Virus record (IMG/VR): IMGVR_UViG_3300045117_000026
Coordinates: 1 to 64,000 of that record
DNA from: a virus
DNA length: 64,000 nucleotides
Strand: one strand, 5' to 3'
Shown in pieces: positions 60,187-64,000 of this stretch. The notes beneath the pieces were generated by a model. It was given only the letters and a program-made list of their open reading frames with translations. It searched no databases and was not told the origin of the DNA. Each line of letters opens with the position of its first letter. The first letter of the stretch is position 1. A program made the position numbers and the translations under genes.

Positions 60187-62307
60187 ATGGGCGCAGTTAT
60201 TACTAGGGATGTCTCTCTTTCCGAGTTTACTGATAACGAGTACTGCTACTTTGGCAGTAGCAACGACGCTGCTATCTTTTATGATACCAATGACGCTAAT
60301 GCCAATCACCTGAAGATTAAGTTGCCAACAGGCGATGCAACCAATGTGCCAGTTATCTCAATCGGCATTGGCATCAATGTTGATCTCGGCTTTTTCAACG
60401 GCATAACCGAGCCACAGTTAGCAGTGCTGGACGCTGATCGTGACTCGTATATCCGGCTAGGGCATAAAGCAGACGACGAACCTACTCTATTCGGATATGC
60501 GACTGGACGGCTTCACATTCTATCTTGGGGCGAACTCGCACTTGAAGCAAACAATGATGCGACTCACTACATTCGTATTAACTCAGGTGCAGTCCCCACT
60601 ATGTATGGCACAGGCGCATATCTACGAATAGGCGACGCCGCTACCACAAGTCACGCGCTCGCCACCGAAGATGATTTAATGGTATCAGGGAAACTTGAAG
60701 CCGATGGCGCGTCATTCTTCGATGGTCTAGTCACGCTCGGTGCGGCTATGAATATGTCGGCGACTGACCTCTTCGGTGTTGAAACAATCACGCGCTCCGA
60801 CTCCTCTTTCACTTTGCGCGCGAAGTCGGGACTTAACTTCCAATCACAGAAGGCTGACGCGAGTTACCTGACTCGGCTTGCGCTATCAGGATTCGCCGAC
60901 GAAGTGATATTGACCGTCCAAAACGCGACGCGCTTTATCTTCAACTCTTCGATAGCTGGTAATTACAACGGAGCGGTAGCTTTAGCGCCTACGCTTACAG
61001 GGACGGCTGGTTCACAAGCGGCAGTCAAGATTAATCCGACATTTACGGGCGACCCAGCTGACGCTAATCCGATGTTCGCAACGGCTATTGAGCCTGTTTT
61101 CAATATCGGCGGCGGGAATACTCACGGCGATTTGCGCGCCTTGTGGATTGCCGCGCCGACTATTAGTAGCGGGACGCTGACGAATTATTACGCGCTATTC
61201 CTTGATTCAGGCGGCGCGGCAACGTCTAATTACGCGATATTTGTATCGTCGGGTAAAAGCCGACTCGCACCTGATAGCGTAGCCGTCGGATGGGGTAATT
61301 CAGACGACGCGAAATTCATGTTTGACGCCGCCGACGCGAACGCCAATTTATTCAAACTCGATTTGCCCGCGGGTAGCGCGACAAACGTGCCTGTTTTTGC
61401 CCTTGGTATAGGTATTATCAGTGTTGACCTTGGTTTCTTTAACGGTGTCACAGAACCACGCTTAGCGATTTTCGACTCTGACCGCAACTCATGGATTGGA
61501 ATTGGTGCTGTCAATTCAAGCGGGCGAGTAGGCATACTATCATCCGAATGGATTGAGATATGCCCGTCCAGTCAGACAACTTACCTTGTCAAAGTCGGCG
61601 CACCCTCAAACGTACCTACACTATTCGGTACAGGCGCATATCTCAGAGTAGGTGATGCCGGAACGACTAATCATAGCCTCGCTTCCGAAGATGACTTGAT
61701 GGTGAGCGGTATCTTCGAGGTCAAGGGCTACGCCTATTTCGATGGTAAACTCCGAATGTTGAATAATTATGATATTCAGATGAGGAATGTCGCCGGAACT
61801 GATAAAAGCGTTCTTTACGTTTCCACCAGTGACCAAGTAGTCCTCTCGGGCGATGGGCTGAATATCATAACATCTGCCCCGCAGAAACAGATGAATATCA
61901 CCAGTGCCGAAAGGGATTTTCACTGGCGGGATGTTTGGAATGTAGATGTAGTAGCATATACCACCATTTTAACTATTACCCCTAGCACTGTCAGTCAAGT
62001 ATGGACACAAGGGATTGTTAAGGCTCACATAATGGGACATACCGGGGCAGTAGGCAATGGTTGTGTCGTATCGGCTTGGCGGTTTGCGATAGCAGATAAT
62101 CCGCCTACAGTAGCAGTACTTGGAACTGATATTACAGAAGGTGGTGGCGCGCCAGCTTTTAGATTGAACATGAGTGGTAATAATATTCAAGTTCAAGTTC
62201 GGTCTAGTAATGGGTCTGCTAGTTTCACAGGGCTGGCGGCGATTGAGGTATTTGCCCCGCATGGTGCTGGCTCTAGTGGGTCAAGCATGACATATACTAT
62301 AAGTTAG
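60187..62307 (+). CDS. fibre/adhesin-like protein with ~160 aa internal duplication
   Basis: DANAN..ATNVPV..VDLGFFNG.TEP..GTGAYLR.GDA..EDDLMVSG occurs twice. Confidence 0.7.
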   Translation: MGAVITRDVSLSEFTDNEYCYFGSSNDAAIFYDTNDANANHLKIKLPTGDATNVPVISIGIGINVDLGFFNGITEPQLAVLDADRDSYIRLGHKADDEPTLFGYATGRLHILSWGELALEANNDATHYIRINSGAVPTMYGTGAYLRIGDAATTSHALATEDDLMVSGKLEADGASFFDGLVTLGAAMNMSATDLFGVETITRSDSSFTLRAKSGLNFQSQKADASYLTRLALSGFADEVILTVQNATRFIFNSSIAGNYNGAVALAPTLTGTAGSQAAVKINPTFTGDPADANPMFATAIEPVFNIGGGNTHGDLRALWIAAPTISSGTLTNYYALFLDSGGAATSNYAIFVSSGKSRLAPDSVAVGWGNSDDAKFMFDAADANANLFKLDLPAGSATNVPVFALGIGIISVDLGFFNGVTEPRLAIFDSDRNSWIGIGAVNSSGRVGILSSEWIEICPSSQTTYLVKVGAPSNVPTLFGTGAYLRVGDAGTTNHSLASEDDLMVSGIFEVKGYAYFDGKLRMLNNYDIQMRNVAGTDKSVLYVSTSDQVVLSGDGLNIITSAPQKQMNITSAERDFHWRDVWNVDVVAYTTILTITPSTVSQVWTQGIVKAHIMGHTGAVGNGCVVSAWRFAIADNPPTVAVLGTDITEGGGAPAFRLNMSGNNIQVQVRSSNGSASFTGLAAIEVFAPHGAGSSGSSMTYTIS

Positions 62308-62608
62308 AGAGGTGACAAAATGGCAACAAATGTAGAAATCAAGGCAATTGTAATCACGTTTCCGGTGGATGACAATGGAAACAAGAGTGTCGAGATCAGA
62401 ACTGATTACGAAATATCAACAGAAGTTGGTACGGACACGCTGTCTGTTATGAGAAGCAAGGACACAACGAAAGCGGATGCTACTCTTACCAAGAAGATAG
62501 AGGAGTATGTAGCCGACGTACTTGAATCCCTGCAACCGGCGTAGACGACCAACTATGTGGTATAATCGCAATGGTGGTGGATAAAAGTAATTAAAGGAGA
62601 TTAATAAG

Positions 62609-62968
62609 ATGTCAAGTAGCACAGTAAAACTAAAGAACAAGAAGCTCTTTACCATTGATGACGAGCCTATGCAAACCGATGCAAAGGACGAAGGAAAGGC
62701 AGGCATGAGAGACGCCTATCTTCGGGATGCCATCAGGGTCTTGTGTAAAAGCCTGCCGGCTGGCAAGTTCACGATGGATGACAGTATCAAGGCGTATGAA
62801 ATCGTACAAGCTGTCAAACAGCAACCTGGTGAGTTCTTTGAGATAGAACAGTCTCAGCTTGATTGGCTCCGGGATATGCTAAAGGCTCATGGCTCACTCG
62901 TCTTTGGTATCAATGAATGCATGGTCAAGTTTGCTTTGAATGCCGAGGAAGCGAAGAAGAAAGAGTAG
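62609..62968 (+). CDS. putative fibre chaperone/hypothetical protein
   Basis: AAGGAG SD; follows fibre gene. Confidence 0.45.
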   Translation: MSSSTVKLKNKKLFTIDDEPMQTDAKDEGKAGMRDAYLRDAIRVLCKSLPAGKFTMDDSIKAYEIVQAVKQQPGEFFEIEQSQLDWLRDMLKAHGSLVFGINECMVKFALNAEEAKKKE

Positions 62969-63407
62969 CAATGTGCTGATTACGCTTGATATAGGAACAA
63001 TACTAGGTATCTTAACATTCATCGCCCTTATTGTGGAGGGCTTGATAAGACATCTAGTTATTGATGCCAAGAAAGACAAGCGTATTGCTATCCTTGAAAT
63101 GCAGATAGGCCCGTTTTGGGAAATCATCAAGAAGAACATTCCGGAATTGCTTCACTCGCCAACGCATGTAGAAAAAGATGATTTGCTCAAGAAACTAGCT
63201 ACTGGAGAAATCTCGTTACCCGATGCGATTAAACTAAAGGAAATACTGGGTGAGGAACTTGTCCAATGGAAAGAGGCAGAAAAGCTAGATAAGGTCAATG
63301 GCGGAATCTGGGTCATGATGGCTTTGAATGCCGAAATCGTAAAACTCGAAACTACAAAGAAAGAACTTGAAAGGGTAACAGGGAAACATAAATGGGGATG
63401 GAAATAG
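62940..63407 (+). CDS. N-terminal TM helical protein
   Basis: IGTILGILTFIALIV hydrophobic segment. Confidence 0.5.
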   Translation: MPRKRRRKSSNVLITLDIGTILGILTFIALIVEGLIRHLVIDAKKDKRIAILEMQIGPFWEIIKKNIPELLHSPTHVEKDDLLKKLATGEISLPDAIKLKEILGEELVQWKEAEKLDKVNGGIWVMMALNAEIVKLETTKKELERVTGKHKWGWK

Positions 63408-63658
63408 GCAATATAATAACTATCACCTTTATTCTTGGGTGTCTTGGCGCAAGCATATACCTATACAAGCTTATAGACGGAAGGGCAACAAAGTTTTTCA
63501 TCTTTGCCTTTGCGTTTGGATTGGCACTGCAGTTCATGCTAATGATACCCGCTGTTTCTGATCTTGCCTTGCAATTAAGAGGCCTTTACTATGTAATGTT
63601 TTTCGCTGGAATCATGCTTATAGTCTACGATGTGAGGAAATTCTTCCGGGGAGATTAA
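63392..63658 (+). CDS. three-TM membrane protein (holin-like)
   Basis: Three hydrophobic helices. Confidence 0.45.
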   Translation: MGMEIGNIITITFILGCLGASIYLYKLIDGRATKFFIFAFAFGLALQFMLMIPAVSDLALQLRGLYYVMFFAGIMLIVYDVRKFFRGD

Positions 63659-63659
63659 T

Positions 63660-64000
63660 ATGACTAAACGATATACCACCTTAAAAGAACTAGCGTCGTT
63701 GACGTTATCAGGTTCAACGAGTGGCGTTGTTGCCTGTGATGACTATGACGTTAGTGATTATGCTGAGGGACTACTCTTCCCCTATATCTCAGCCCTTACT
63801 GGCGTTGGCACAATAGTCTTTACTTACGAACTGTCCCCGGATGGTACTAACTTTGCTGCACCTGCCAGCAATACGATTGGTACTATTGCGTCGGTTTCAT
63901 ATGGTGCCCCGCTAGCAATCACCAACTTCGGGCAATACATCCGTGTAAAATATAATGCTACAGGGGCCTTTACAGCAATGACCGCAGGTGTTAAATTTAT
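63660..64000 (+). CDS. virion structural protein, truncated at window end
   Basis: MTKRYTT... open to end; SPDGTNF and YIRVKY motifs. Confidence 0.55.
   Translation, partial: MTKRYTTLKELASLTLSGSTSGVVACDDYDVSDYAEGLLFPYISALTGVGTIVFTYELSPDGTNFAAPASNTIGTIASVSYGAPLAITNFGQYIRVKYNATGAFTAMTAGVKF

Noticed and set aside
60187-62307. Diversity-generating retroelement TR/VR pair
   Set aside because: The duplication is in-frame and diverged at all bases, not adenine-specific; no reverse transcriptase in the window.
1-64000. Stop-codon reassignment or prophage boundary
   Set aside because: Conserved genes are intact in the standard code with dense packing; no integrase, att site or host genes seen.

Overview
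About 64 kb of a tailed dsDNA bacteriophage (Caudoviricetes-like) using the standard genetic code. Sigma70-type promoters and Shine-Dalgarno sites indicate a bacterial host. No integrase, DNA polymerase or CRISPR array was seen. Layout: (1) 1-486, end of a + strand tail module. (2) 0.6-43.7 kb, a long - strand early/middle arm with five DNA methyltransferases, recombination nucleases, a DUF3987 helicase beside an inverted-iteron origin, an atypical tRNA(CAT), two unassigned structured RNAs, many small paralogous genes, and a ubiquitin-like operon (Ubl ending GG-C, E2 candidate, E1 with Cys-rich tail, JAB) plus a second degenerate E1. (3) 43.7-47.35 kb, a likely genome-end/early control region with GTATATACCC repeats, a nested palindrome, proteins sharing an IxLDGxI[TS] motif, and a sharply bounded 1.4 kb block almost free of GGA/GGG/GGT on both strands. 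(4) 47.7-64 kb, + strand morphogenesis genes: TerL, HGGxSTG protein, portal, an NTase-Dam fusion and a LigD-phosphoesterase-like protein in the head module, a protease-capsid fusion behind an attenuator, then fibre and membrane proteins. All family assignments come from motif recognition by eye; no searches were run.
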